The position numbers were made by a program, and so were the translations under genes. Source: an uncultured Gammaproteobacteria bacterium (lineage in GTDB: Bacteria > Pseudomonadota > Gammaproteobacteria > UBA9214). Taken from it: a stretch of DNA of 64,000 bases. The notes beneath the pieces were generated by a model. It was not told the DNA's origin, searched no databases, and worked only from the letters and a program-made list of their open reading frames with translations. The DNA is taken from NCBI GenBank assembly GCA_963827755.1, contig CAWHCQ010000021.1, positions 1 to 64,000 on the forward strand, given 5' to 3'. Of this stretch, positions 10,471 to 21,248 are shown in pieces. Positions within the stretch are counted from its first letter, which is position 1; each line of letters starts with the position of its first letter.

Positions 10471-10786
10471 CACAATTCGTATATAAATCATATGCTTTAT
10501 TGCACAAGGGCCGGGGAACCGGAATCCCTTGGTGCATCCCGTAGCCGGGTGAATGGACGTGGAATTCCGGGTGGGCGTTCGACGAGGGCGGGGAAAGGCA
10601 AGCTGAATTTTCAGCTAAAAGGTGACTATCCCAAACTGGACAGTCAGGATAGTAATGTTGGACGGCTAGTGGTTAGCCGCAAATAAAAGAGTTGTGTGTG
10701 GGTCAGCAGAAGCCTTTTTCCCGGTTAGCACCCAACCATGCCGCTGGATCTTCACAGGGCAATATCAATAATTCGCGAAGCACAAC

Positions 10787-11212
10787 TTAATCATCGCTTT
10801 CCCCTGACCAGTCGGCAAGAATGATCGACATTGCATTGGAAAAGTCGTCGAAAGAATGCGGCTTGACGATGTAGTCATCTACCTCGTATTTGAAGGCGGC
10901 GGCCCGGTCGCTCGGTTCATTGGAGGATGTCAGGACAATGACAGGCAAGGTCCCCAGCATCGGATCAGCACGCAGCTCCTTCAGAAATTCAATACCTCCC
11001 ATTTTAGGGAGATTCAGGTCCAGCAGAATCAGCGACGGCATGGGCTCGATTTTGGGGAATGCATCACCACGCAACATACCCAGCGCTTCAACACCGGTAC
11101 GTGCAACATAGAGAGGGTTGCTGACATCGATTTTCTTCAATGCCCGTTGCACGGTCATAATGTCGACCCGGTCATCTTCCACGAGCAATATTACAGCATC
11201 ATCCTTAGGCAT
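10787..11212 (-). CDS. Single-domain response regulator (Rcp1-like)
   Basis: LLVEDD, LILLDLNLPKMGGIEFL, VIVLTSS and YIVKP; RBS GGGGAG. Confidence 0.92.
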   Translation of the reverse strand: MPKDDAVILLVEDDRVDIMTVQRALKKIDVSNPLYVARTGVEALGMLRGDAFPKIEPMPSLILLDLNLPKMGGIEFLKELRADPMLGTLPVIVLTSSNEPSDRAAAFKYEVDDYIVKPHSFDDFSNAMSIILADWSGESDD

Positions 11213-11286
11213 AACTCCCCCCGTTAGCACGCAGTATACAGCGGTATTCAGCGGTATTCAGCGCATCCGACCGGATTGATTGCGAT

Positions 11287-13266
11287 TCATCCATGCTTTG
11301 GCCAGGTAAACCGGAACGTGGCACCGCTGCCTTCCCCTGATTCCAATGCTATCGAACCACCATGCTCCTGCACAAGCTTCTTTACCAGCGCCAGGCCAAT
11401 GCCGGTATTGCTGCCGTAATCATTTACCGCGAGCGTCTGAAACATCATGAATACCTTGTCATGGTATTCCGGCGCGATGCCGGGACCATCATCGGCTACT
11501 GTGAATTCATAATATTCATCCCGATCATGCACCGTAATTTCTGCATGACCCTGCTCGCCCTTGCTGTGCTTGATGCTGTTACTGATCAGGTTGGAGAACA
11601 CCTGCTGCAGATGTAAACGGTCCGTGTACAGAATGGGCATGTTCGCATCTACTTCGACAAAGAATCCGTCCGGTGGCGACAGGGAGTCGATGACCTCGGC
11701 CAGCAGTTCGCCGGTATCGACGCTTGTCATGGAGCTGTCTACCTGGCCAATTCGCGAGTATTCCAGCAGCCCTTCGATCAATGCATTCATGCGCTGCACA
11801 CGGTCACGCATCAGCCTCAGTTGTTCGCGGGTAGCTTCGGTCAGTTTTTCCCTCAGATCTTCTTCCAGCCAGGTGGCCAGGTTTGCGATACCTCGCAGCG
11901 GTGCTTTCAGATCATGCGAAGTAACATAGGCAAACTGTTCCAGTTCTTTCACATGCCGTTCTGCTTCGGCAGTGCGTATAGCTACACGTTGTTCCAGGGT
12001 TTCATTCAGTCTCTGCAGTTCCTGCTCGGCATTACGACGCACATTGATTTCGATGTTAAGCGCTTCATTGACCTCCACCAGTTGCGCTGTGCGCCTGGTC
12101 ACGAGACGCTTTATCTTTGCTGCGCGTCCCACCAGTGTGGAAAGGTATATCGTAAGCAAGGCCGTAAATGGCAATCCACCCGCAAGTGTGACCCATCCAC
12201 TCCAGGGGTTTGGCTGGAAATACCCGGGAATCGAGGTGCACAACACTTCCCACTGGCGATTCATGACGCTTATAGTCTGGGTGAGTTTCCTGTTTTCCGG
12301 TGAATCTCCGTCCCCGGGATTGCGCCGGGCTGTGTCAGCAGGACGTTTTCTGGAAAAATGCTGGTACAGCATGTATCTTTCGTCCTCGTCTGATACATCG
12401 TAGACGACCATGTCGATGCCGCTCGGGCTGAGATTCTGCAGGGCACTTTCGACTATCTCGCCGATGCGGAAAACCCCTGCTGCAAAGCCGCGCAACTGCA
12501 GTTGCTGCGTATCCTGTGTGTCCAGGTTTGCATTTTCCTCTTCACCCTCCGCTTCAGCCCCGTCCGGAGCTGCCTTGTTATAGACCGGCAGCCATGCCGT
12601 AAAGCCGTATTCGATACGGCCCTCGCGCTGCAGGGGAATACGCGCTGATGTCTGCATTCGTCCGGCTTCCCGTGCTTGCTGCAACGCATCAAGAACCGTC
12701 GGGTCTGCCGCCAGGTCGAGACCCAGTACTTTCTTGTTGAGCTGATAGGGCTGCACATAGAGAACGGGAAAATGCACCGGACGCTGTTCAGCCCTGACCA
12801 GATCACCTGCCTGGTTGCTTTCGTTCATGCGGAACTTTGCGAAGCTGTCACGGGCATCTTCTTCAAACCAGGCACGCTCTGCAGCGGTCACGCGGGGGAT
12901 CCATTGCAGAGCCGCTATGCTCGCATAACGCTTCACTGAGGGTCCCACGAACTTGCGAAAATCCCGTCGACTCACCCACGCCGATGTATCGAAGAAGCTG
13001 CCAATGTCCTGGACCACGCCAAGGTTTTGTTCGATCTCGCGCCGTACCATCAGGACGCGGTCGCTGGCGGCCTCATGAAATACCTGCTCTACCAGCGCGC
13101 GCTCCCAGCCGGAGACCGCATTGAATGTATACCAGGTAACCATCACGCCAATCAGTGCGACAAGCGCAATCGGAACATAGGCCGACCACGGGTGCATGTT
13201 CATGGCACGCGCATTGCCAGGACCCGCGTGCACAGGTTCTGGCGGAGTAAAGTTGCGCTCCATCAT
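11287..13266 (-). CDS. CHASE-domain sensor histidine kinase (Cph1-like HisKA/HATPase)
   Basis: TM, then CHASE (ALQWIPRV, FPVLYVQP, VLGLDL), TM, coiled coil, H-box SHDLKAPLRGI, NLISNSIKH, DDGPGI and GIGLALVKK. Start uncertain. Confidence 0.9.
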   Translation of the reverse strand: MMERNFTPPEPVHAGPGNARAMNMHPWSAYVPIALVALIGVMVTWYTFNAVSGWERALVEQVFHEAASDRVLMVRREIEQNLGVVQDIGSFFDTSAWVSRRDFRKFVGPSVKRYASIAALQWIPRVTAAERAWFEEDARDSFAKFRMNESNQAGDLVRAEQRPVHFPVLYVQPYQLNKKVLGLDLAADPTVLDALQQAREAGRMQTSARIPLQREGRIEYGFTAWLPVYNKAAPDGAEAEGEEENANLDTQDTQQLQLRGFAAGVFRIGEIVESALQNLSPSGIDMVVYDVSDEDERYMLYQHFSRKRPADTARRNPGDGDSPENRKLTQTISVMNRQWEVLCTSIPGYFQPNPWSGWVTLAGGLPFTALLTIYLSTLVGRAAKIKRLVTRRTAQLVEVNEALNIEINVRRNAEQELQRLNETLEQRVAIRTAEAERHVKELEQFAYVTSHDLKAPLRGIANLATWLEEDLREKLTEATREQLRLMRDRVQRMNALIEGLLEYSRIGQVDSSMTSVDTGELLAEVIDSLSPPDGFFVEVDANMPILYTDRLHLQQVFSNLISNSIKHSKGEQGHAEITVHDRDEYYEFTVADDGPGIAPEYHDKVFMMFQTLAVNDYGSNTGIGLALVKKLVQEHGGSIALESGEGSGATFRFTWPKHG

Positions 13267-13603
13267 CGCATACAGGCCCCGTAAAGCCTGAACCTGCGCT
13301 GTTGGCGGTGGGTAATGAGCATTCCTGCAGTCACTCGGAAAATCCCGGGGCTGGCGGGTAGTGTTCAATGATCCGGCGGTTCACTTCGAGCAGAACCTCA
13401 CGTACGGTATCCTCAATGGTCCAGTTGGCGATTATCCTTATTTGCGCCTTTTCTGCCAGGATAAGCAGAAAAGACTGCAACTCCCGGATTTACCCTTTGA
13501 TATTGTAGCGATTAAACATTCGCCGACCTCCGGCCATGGCAGCAAAATAAAGGGCTTCCAGAGGACATTGTATCCTGTCTTGGAATTCTACCACGGTGTA
13601 AAA

Positions 13604-13630
13604 TAAAGCCCCGGATCTGAAGGCCGATAA
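13604..13630 (+). promoter_or_regulatory. Sigma-28 (FliA) promoter
   Basis: TAAA-gccccggatctgaag(15 nt)-GCCGATAA, an exact consensus 60 nt upstream of ATG 13691. Confidence 0.8.
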
Positions 13631-13690
13631 ATACCAGGTTAGCGATTTGCCAGACAGGAATGGAACAACAGGAACTTGCCGAGGTGCACC

Positions 13691-14002
13691 ATGAAATCGA
13701 TTCTTAACGGCTTGATTTACTTATTGCTGTGTGCGGGGATATTTTATTCATCGACGGCACTGGCGTGCGATTCGGTAGTGGATGGCTGCCTGGGTTGCAG
13801 CGATGACGATCTCCCGGTTTGCCTGAACGAGCTTGTTCAGGACATCTGCAATGAAGGTGGCGGCGTTGAATCCTGCGACCGGAGACGTGTCTTCAAGGAT
13901 GCTGAAAGGCAGGTTACCCTGAGCACGGGCCGACACTTTTCGCGTGTACGCGCAATGTTCAGGGGCGCGCAGAAATATCAGGATCCATTCCGCAGACATT
14001 GA
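13691..14002 (+). CDS. Small secreted cysteine-rich hypothetical protein
   Basis: RBS GAGGTG; signal peptide MKSILNGLIYLLLCAGIFYSSTALA; six Cys in the mature part. Confidence 0.75.
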   Translation: MKSILNGLIYLLLCAGIFYSSTALACDSVVDGCLGCSDDDLPVCLNELVQDICNEGGGVESCDRRRVFKDAERQVTLSTGRHFSRVRAMFRGAQKYQDPFRRH

Positions 14003-14211
14003 TTCAGGCCACTCCAGAGAAACTTTCCGGGGCACCCTCTCCCGCCATCTCCACAGCACCGACGGTTTCACGGCCAGGAGCGCCCGCCTGCATAATTCAA
14101 TGGTTACTGGCCAATCAGCACGTAAGACAGTTCATCGTGCGCCCGGGCCTTGGCATGATTACCCTCAAGGAATCATTACAAGCGTTGTCGCCAGAACTGT
14201 CAGAAAGGCTA

Positions 14212-14505
14212 TTACCAGATCTTCCTTGAGATGCGATGGTCTGCGACATATTCCTCTCGCACCGTTGACGACGTCAGCCACCATTTGCGGCAGTCATAGT
14301 AATGGATCTCCTCTTCGAAGGACGGGTAGCGTCCGCAGTTGAAATAGCGCCAGTAAAAACTGTTGTAGCCAAGGCAAGCCAGCTGCTCGCTGTCGAGCAG
14401 GGGGCAGACATTTCCACCCGGCTTGCAGCAATTGAAACAGTCTCCACAGGAACTGCCATGGTTCCAGTCAGTGCGAAGCAGGGAGATTGACGTGGGATGA
14501 TTAAA
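14212..14505 (-). pseudogene. CxxCxxCC (YkgJ-like, Zn/Fe-S) cysteine-cluster frame lacking a clean start
   Basis: FNHPTSISLLRTDWNHGSSCGDCFNCCKPGGNVCPLLDSEQLACLGYNSFYWRYFNCGRYPSFEEEIHYYDCRKWW...RKIW*. An in-frame TAA lies at 14506-14508 and an in-frame ATG at 14592. Confidence 0.65.
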
Positions 14506-14593
14506 TTAAATAGTACAGCCAGGGGAAACAGAATCCTTGAGGAGATTTATATGCAGCGCAGCAAACAAAGCTGACCTTTTTAGTTCATACATT

Positions 14594-15133
14594 TCAATGC
14601 CGTATGACCTTGTCGGGAAGTGAATCGCCGGTTGAAGTGGCAGGCTCTGATACCGGCAGCCTGAGATCCAGGCCCCACTCCGCACGCTTGCTGGATTCAA
14701 TCAACATCTGCATGAAAGAATGCATCAGCCTGTCATCGAGGTTGATGGTAATACCATTGCCCTTCCCGGGACCGAGCGTCAGGGTATAGATACCTTCCTG
14801 TTTCCTGCCAACCTGTATATTGGAGACCAGGACACCTTCTTCACCCAGGGGAAAACTGTCGGCTGCTTCCTCGAAGGGCGTTTTAAAGTCCGCCTGCTCC
14901 AGCGCAGACTGGTGCTCGAAATTCAGAATCGCCTCGCGTTTGTCAGCGTTGATCGGCGTATCTTTCGCTGGCCCGGCTTCGATAATCTTCAGCAGGCCAG
15001 TCCATAATGACCTGATCACATGCCGGGTCAACCACAGCCGGAACTCGGCTTTGTCACGGGTGCTGATCCGCAACAGCATGCGGTCCTGCTCTAGCACAAA
15101 GGCCATCTGGAACTGATGAGGTTTGTCAGCCAT
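14594..15133 (-). CDS. Conserved hypothetical protein (EQDRMLLR...FRLWLTR motif)
   Basis: 179-aa ORF with an ATG start, natural composition and a motif-like N-terminus; function unknown. Confidence 0.75.
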   Translation of the reverse strand: MADKPHQFQMAFVLEQDRMLLRISTRDKAEFRLWLTRHVIRSLWTGLLKIIEAGPAKDTPINADKREAILNFEHQSALEQADFKTPFEEAADSFPLGEEGVLVSNIQVGRKQEGIYTLTLGPGKGNGITINLDDRLMHSFMQMLIESSKRAEWGLDLRLPVSEPATSTGDSLPDKVIRH

Positions 15134-15502
15134 CTTTCAGGATACCGGTACTGTCAGTAGTTAAAATTGTCCGGAAATGAAGCAATTCTAGCATCAGCAC
15201 CCGCATAAACCATGCTGACTCCATTCATGTCGGCATCCGCACGCCACTGCTCCGATGAATAACCCGCACCTGGAGGATAAAAGAGCAGCTCATGCAGAGA
15301 ATGGAAATCGGCGATTCACCTGGATCTGGCCCCGGGCTTTTTCAGCCGGTCCCTGATGCAACCCGCTCACGCTCCGGGCCGGCATCTCGCTCAACATCAC
15401 CACTAAAATCCTTAAGCCTATATATTTCATATAGATAGCTTACAGCCCCCGGAATAGTTAGCTAATCTACTGAATCAACAGAAAAAAAAGCCCGGGTCCC
15501 GT

Positions 15503-15529
15503 TAAAGTTTGGTGGCTATTGCCCGATGT
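15503..15529 (+). promoter_or_regulatory. Probable sigma-28 promoter
   Basis: TAAAGTTT-N11-CCCGATGT: full extended -35, correct spacing and a CCGAT core, upstream of the GGDEF-EAL gene. Confidence 0.55.
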
Positions 15530-15621
15530 CCTAAGGAAGACATGCAATCTGCTGCGGCCTCGTGCTGCTTGCCGCATTTAAATAATGCCGTTGAAAACAC
15601 AATCTCTCACACCTGACAGTT

Positions 15622-18600
15622 ATGAAAATTGACAAAAACGATAAACGGCAATCCGGTCTGGATAAAAGGGAACCGGTAAAGCCTGCAGCAAGTGAACAGC
15701 AGCAAGCCGACCGTCAAAATTCAGGGCCAGAAGGACCTGCGGAGTTTGGTGAGCTTCAACCTGCCATGGATAAGGAAGGTGCAGTCAACTCTGCAATCGG
15801 TGACAAACCACTGTCAGCCCTGGAGAAGGCGGGCCTGGTAGGTTCTGCAATGAAAGACCAGCAGCAAGCTGTGGCAAAAAGAGCCGGACCGGTAAAACCC
15901 GAAGAGAGTAACGAATCCGCATCGGCACTGGAAAAGGCAGGACTGGTAAATCCTGCTGATCATGAGGAAGAGGAAACCGGTGAAGGGGACGCGGGACTGG
16001 TCAGGTCAACCGTGCCGGAACTCGAGACGAACAAACGCCGTGGAAACATCGATCAGCAAAGGCTGCGTACAGACCAGGTCCGACTGATACAGCACCAGGC
16101 CAACACCGAGCTGGTGATCAGCATGCTGGTATGTGCGCTTGTTGCAATCGTTTTATGGGAAATCGCCTCGTCTGTTCTGCTGACAGGCTGGGCCACAGCG
16201 GTAATTCTCAGTGTCGGCAGCCGGTCATTGTTCATATCCGGCAGACAGTCAGAGAAATCTCATGATGAATTCAATGCCTGGGGCACGAAATACATAGTTG
16301 CCATCATATTATCCGGAAGCTGCTGGGGTGGTCTTGGAGTATTCTCGGTCTTCAATGCAGGCGTCATCCAGCAACTGTTTGTTCTGTTTGTGCTGGCGGG
16401 CATGTGCCTGACTGCATATATTTCATTGCAGTCGTCGATGAAAACAACAGCCGCATTTATTTTACCAGCCATGTTACCCATGGCTGCCTGCCTGATATAC
16501 GAAGGCCTGATCGTGCCAACGTCACTGAGCAGGGTAGCTACATTCACACAGGATAATGTTATTCAGCTCGCGCTCGGCATTTTGACCCTGACATTTGCCA
16601 TGGTTATGCAGTTTTCATCAAAAACCATGCAGACAATACTGGTTAAATCCGTGAAGCTCGGCTCACATAATACAGAGCTCATCAAGAAGCTGGTTGTTAC
16701 CGGAGAGGCGGCAGAAGCTGCCAAACTTCATTCTGAAAAGACCAATATCGAACTGCAGAAGCAGATGAAAGAGCTCGAACAGGCGGAAGAACGTATTCGC
16801 GTCTCTGAAAACAGAATGAGCGCAATACTGGATGGCATGCAGGACACTATCTACCAGACCGATTGCAATGGAACGATTCTCTGGACAACGCCATCCATAA
16901 AACAGCTCCTTGGCTATACCGTCGAGGAAGCAATGACAAAAAACATACTGGAACTCTACGTACATTCTGATGACCACGATCAACTGAAACACGGGCTGGA
17001 CGTAAACCAGGGTCGTCTGCAACATTTCGAAACACGCCTGCAGCACAAGGATGGTTCACAAATCTGGATCCTGGAAAACTCGCACTACAGGTATGACCAG
17101 GATGAAGAAATAATCGGAATAGAGGGCACTATTCGCGACATTACCGCCTTAAAGCAGGCGAAGGAAGAATTGCACCAGGAAAAAGAACGCGCCCACGTGA
17201 CGCTAGGGTCAATTGGTGACGGCGTAATCACCACGGACCTGGGTGGCGATATTGAATACATGAATTCTGTTGCTGAAGAGTCGACCGGCTGGAAACTGGA
17301 GGATGCGCGCGGCAGGCCCATCATGGAAGTATTCAGTATCGTTGATGAAAAAACCCAGGCATCTCCCCATAATCCAGCGGATCAATGCCTGAAGCAGGGC
17401 AGGAGCGTTATGCTCTCGGGTCACTTGCTGCTCATACACCGCCACCGCAAGGAACGCTTGTCTGTCGAGGTAAATGCATCACCGATACGCGACTCCAACG
17501 CCGCTATCATGGGCGTGGTACTTGTATTCCACGACGTAACTGAATTACGCGGCCTTGCCAGAAAAATGTCCTACCAGGCATCACATGACTCGCTAACAGG
17601 GCTGATTAACCGGCGTGAATTTGAAAAACGCGTTAACCAGATTGTTGAAAATAACCATATAGAGGAATCAAGGCATACCCTTTGCTACATGGACCTCGAT
17701 AACTTCAAGGTTGTCAATGACACCTGCGGGCATAGCGCGGGCGATGAACTGCTTAAGCAATTGACGATAAAACTACGCATGGAATTACGTGAAGCGGATA
17801 CGCTTGCCCGGCTTGGCGGTGATGAATTTGGTATTTTGTTCGATGGCTGCTCAATTGAAAATGCGATGGAACCGGCGGATACCATCAGAAAACTGGTCGA
17901 GGAATTTCGTTTTTCGCAGGACGACAAGATTTTCAGAATCGGTGCCAGCATAGGTCTGGCCTCCATTAACAAGGACAGTGGCTCTTTATCAGACGTGTTA
18001 AGTGCCGCCGATTCTGCCTGTTATATTGCAAAGGAACAGGGCAGAAACCGGATTCATGTCTACCAGGCCAACGATGAGGCACTGGTCGAACGCAGTGGCC
18101 AGATGCAATGGGTACAACGCTTGCAGGATACACTGGAACAAGACCGGTTCAGGCTCTTTTTCCAGCCAATACAAAAGCTCGATATATCTTCCGGCGACAC
18201 AGCAAGACTCCACGGTGAAGTGCTTGTGCGCATGCTCGACGAAGACAATCAGACTTGTCGGCCCCGGTTCATTTATTCCATCCGCCGAGCGCTATGGATT
18301 GATGCCCGCGATCGATCGCTGGGTCGTCTCGAACACATTCAGGATGATGGCTCAGGCACGCAAAGTTAAAAGCAATGAAATCAGCATCTGCAGCATAAAC
18401 CTGTCAGGACAATCAATGTCCGATGATCGCTTCATGGATTTTCTTGTCAAGGAAATCACATCAAGCGGTATCTCACCATCACAGCTGTGTTTCGAGATCA
18501 CGGAAACTGCTGTTATAGGCAACCTGTGCAATGCTTCAAAGCTGATTTCATCGCTGCGTGAAATGGGCTGCAAGTTTGCACTTGATGACTTCGGCGTTGG

Positions 18601-18937
18601 CCTGAGTTCCTTCAGCTATCTGAAAACCCTCGCCGTTGACTACCTTAAACTGGACGGCTATTTTGTGAAAAACATGGTGGCTGACACACTTGATCGCACC
18701 ATGGTTGAGGCAATCAACAAGATCGGCCACTCAATGGATATCGAAACGATTGCAGAATTTGTAGAGGATGAAAAAACCCTGGAGGCCGTACGCGAAGTAG
18801 GCATCGACTATGCACAGGGATATATTATCGGCAAGCCTGTGCCTTTTGAAATCAGCCTGCACCGGGATTCCGAAGAAACACCGGATCAGGCACATCCCGA
18901 TCCATGCGCATCTCTCAAGTCGGTCTCAGGAGAATAA
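15622..18937 (+). CDS. Membrane-bound PAS-PAS-GGDEF-EAL c-di-GMP enzyme, with a +1 frameshift at ~18252
   Basis: Low-complexity N-terminus, several TM helices, two PAS domains, HDSLTGLINRR, ARLGGDEF and EVLVRM. After removing one base it continues LVGPGSFIPSAERYGL...FEITET...DDFGVGLSSFSYL...AEFVE...YAQG. Confidence 0.92.
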
Positions 18938-18942
18938 GCGGC

Positions 18943-19803
18943 TCAGTCCTTCTCGCTCTCGTCAATACGATCCAGTTCTGCGTCCATCTCTGCCTCACTC
19001 AACGGTGTAAAGTCCTCCCTGGCACCAGTTCCGCCGTCATCGGCATCCTGCTGCTTCTGCCTGATAAACCAGCCTGAAAAGAAGATTCCTGCTTCAAACA
19101 ACAGCCATATCGGTATCGCCAGCAGCGTCTGCGAAATTATATCAGGTGGCGTCAGCAACATACCCAGCACGAATGCACCGACAATCACGTAGGGTCGCTT
19201 CTCGCGCAAGCTCTGTTGCGTGGCCATGCCGGTCCAGACCAGCAACACGGTAGCAATCGGCACCTCGAATGCTGCACCAAAAGCAAAAAACAGTGTCAGC
19301 ACAAAATCAAGGTAACGACTGATATCCGTCATTACTGCAACACCTTCCGGCGCTGTCGAGGTAAAGAATGCGAATACCAGCGGGAACACGACAAAATATG
19401 CAAAGGCAGCACCGGCATAGAACAGGAAGGTACTCGAGACCAGCAGTGGAAAAACCAGGCGGCGCTCATGCTTGTACAGTCCCGGTGCAATAAAGGCCCA
19501 CATCTGATAGAGAACCACGGGCATGGCCAGGAATATCGCCAGCACCAGCGTCAGCTTGAACGGGATCAGAAAGGGAGATGCCACCTCGATGGCGATCATA
19601 CTGCTGCCTTTTGGCAAATGAGCCGTCAGTGGACCGGATAGTGCCGTGAACAGGTAATTTGAAAACGGCATCAGCACCAGGAACAGGACTGCAACAACCA
19701 GTACAACACGCAGCAGGCGGTCACGCAGTTCAATCAGGTGGTAAATCAGCGGCTGCTCGACATCATCCCCTGAAGATGTGTGCTGCTTACTTTGTTTGAT
19801 CAT
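18943..19803 (-). CDS. tatC: Twin-arginine translocase subunit TatC
   Basis: [31 protein letters not shown] and LTPPDIISQ. Confidence 0.97.
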   Translation of the reverse strand: MIKQSKQHTSSGDDVEQPLIYHLIELRDRLLRVVLVVAVLFLVLMPFSNYLFTALSGPLTAHLPKGSSMIAIEVASPFLIPFKLTLVLAIFLAMPVVLYQMWAFIAPGLYKHERRLVFPLLVSSTFLFYAGAAFAYFVVFPLVFAFFTSTAPEGVAVMTDISRYLDFVLTLFFAFGAAFEVPIATVLLVWTGMATQQSLREKRPYVIVGAFVLGMLLTPPDIISQTLLAIPIWLLFEAGIFFSGWFIRQKQQDADDGGTGAREDFTPLSEAEMDAELDRIDESEKD

Positions 19804-20143
19804 CCGGTGTCATGCCGGTTGCCGGGTCGGAAACATCACCTGCCACCTGTTTTTTTCTCGCACTGGCAGGTGCCGGATGCTCCCCTGCCTGCAGCGGCTC
19901 GCCGCTGACTTCATCCAGAAATTCTTCCAGCTCCGGTACCGCGGCCTGTTTTTCAAGTGTGGCCTTGAGCTCTTCCGCAGCCAGTTCGCGATCGATATCC
20001 TGCTTGACCGATGACACAAATCCACGCATCTTGCCCAGCCATAATCCGGCGCTACGGGCGATTCGCGGCATCCGTTCCGGGCCCACAACAAGCAGGGTGA
20101 TTACCGCGATAAATACCAACTCCCAGAAACCGACGTCAAACAT
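19787..20143 (-). CDS. tatB: Twin-arginine translocase subunit TatB
   Basis: MFDVGFWEL...VVGPERMP. Confidence 0.95.
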   Translation of the reverse strand: MFDVGFWELVFIAVITLLVVGPERMPRIARSAGLWLGKMRGFVSSVKQDIDRELAAEELKATLEKQAAVPELEEFLDEVSGEPLQAGEHPAPASARKKQVAGDVSDPATGMTPDDQTK

Positions 20144-20176
20144 AATAATCCCGGAAGCTACTGGAAGCTGCTGGTG

Positions 20177-20410
20177 TTACTCAACCTTGTCCTTGTCTTT
20201 CCGGGTAACCTCTCCATCAATAACGCGCCCGCCATCCTTCTCATTCAGCTTGCTGTCGCTATCTGCTTCGTTTTCCCCTTCTTTCATGGATTGGCGAAAA
20301 CCCTTGATGGCACCACCGAGGTCAGAACCGATATTTTTGAGCCGCTTGGCGCCAAACAGCAGCAACACGATGGCAAGAATTATCAATAACTGCCAGATAC
20401 TAGGACCCAT
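20177..20410 (-). CDS. tatA: Twin-arginine translocase subunit TatA
   Basis: [35 protein letters not shown]. Confidence 0.96.
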   Translation of the reverse strand: MGPSIWQLLIILAIVLLLFGAKRLKNIGSDLGGAIKGFRQSMKEGENEADSDSKLNEKDGGRVIDGEVTRKDKDKVE

Positions 20411-20461
20411 AACGCTTTCTCCGGAATTTGATTGTCTGCAAGACTATAGCCTCATAATACT

Positions 20462-20779
20462 CTACTTGTTGCGCGAGGCCTTCTCATCATGGCCAGATAC
20501 GCCAAATCGCCGCTCCAGTTCAAGCAATACGTGCTCCGGGCCGAGCCCGCGTGCCGACAGCATTACAAGCGTGTGAAACCACAAATCCGCTGTTTCATGA
20601 ACCAGTTGCGCATCATCATCATTCTTTGCCGAGACAATCGTTTCAGCCGCCTCCTCGCCAACCTTCTTGAGGATGCTGTCCATACCCTTGTCAAGCAAAC
20701 CGGCAACATAGGAAGTAGCGGCACTTTGTGTCTTGCGCGACTCAATCACTTCGGCAAGTTTTTTCAGTATGTCACTCAT
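20462..20779 (-). CDS. hisE: Phosphoribosyl-ATP diphosphatase
   Basis: SYVAGL...[11 protein letters not shown]...ETADLWFH. Confidence 0.96.
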   Translation of the reverse strand: MSDILKKLAEVIESRKTQSAATSYVAGLLDKGMDSILKKVGEEAAETIVSAKNDDDAQLVHETADLWFHTLVMLSARGLGPEHVLLELERRFGVSGHDEKASRNK

Positions 20780-20804
20780 AGTCTGATTTCCCGGCCTGCG
20801 TGGA

Positions 20805-21197
20805 TCAGTGCTTCCCGTATATTGCATCAGGATCTTTCAAAACCGGCTCAACCGCTACCCATTGCTCGCCTTCAAGCCGCTGAAAGAAACAGCTGCGGCG
20901 GCCGGTATGGCAGGCAATACCACCCTGCTGCACTACCTGCAACACGATTACATCATTGTCGCAGTCCAGGCGAATCTCGCTGACAAGCTGCTGGTGACCG
21001 GACTCCTCGCCCTTGCGCCAGAGTTTTTGCCTGGAACGTGACCAGTATACAGCCTTGCCGTGCTCCGCAGTCAGCTGCAGGGCCTCCCGGTTCATCCAGG
21101 CAACCATCAATATCTTCCCGTCTCCGACATCCTGCGCAACTGCCGGCACAAGACCATCATCATTCCATTTGACCTCATTCAACCAGTCTTTGTTCAT
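20805..21197 (-). CDS. hisI: Phosphoribosyl-AMP cyclohydrolase
   Basis: [22 protein letters not shown] and [10 protein letters not shown]. Confidence 0.97.
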   Translation of the reverse strand: MNKDWLNEVKWNDDGLVPAVAQDVGDGKILMVAWMNREALQLTAEHGKAVYWSRSRQKLWRKGEESGHQQLVSEIRLDCDNDVIVLQVVQQGGIACHTGRRSCFFQRLEGEQWVAVEPVLKDPDAIYGKH

Positions 21198-21248
21198 CGT
21201 GATCGTCCTGTTTGGCGGCGCCTTCGCAGCGAGGCATTTTAAGCGGAA

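Noticed and set aside
10035-10686. Plus-strand ORFs of 169 and 192 aa
   Set aside because: They are antisense shadows of the SecA-like pseudogene.
11239-11263. Tandem CAGCGGTATT x2.5 between the kinase and the receiver gene
   Set aside because: A short slippage duplication with no evidence of function.
15331-15496. 12-bp inverted repeat CCCGGGCTTTTT / AAAAAGCCCGGG considered as MITE ends
   Set aside because: No target-site duplication and no second copy in the window.
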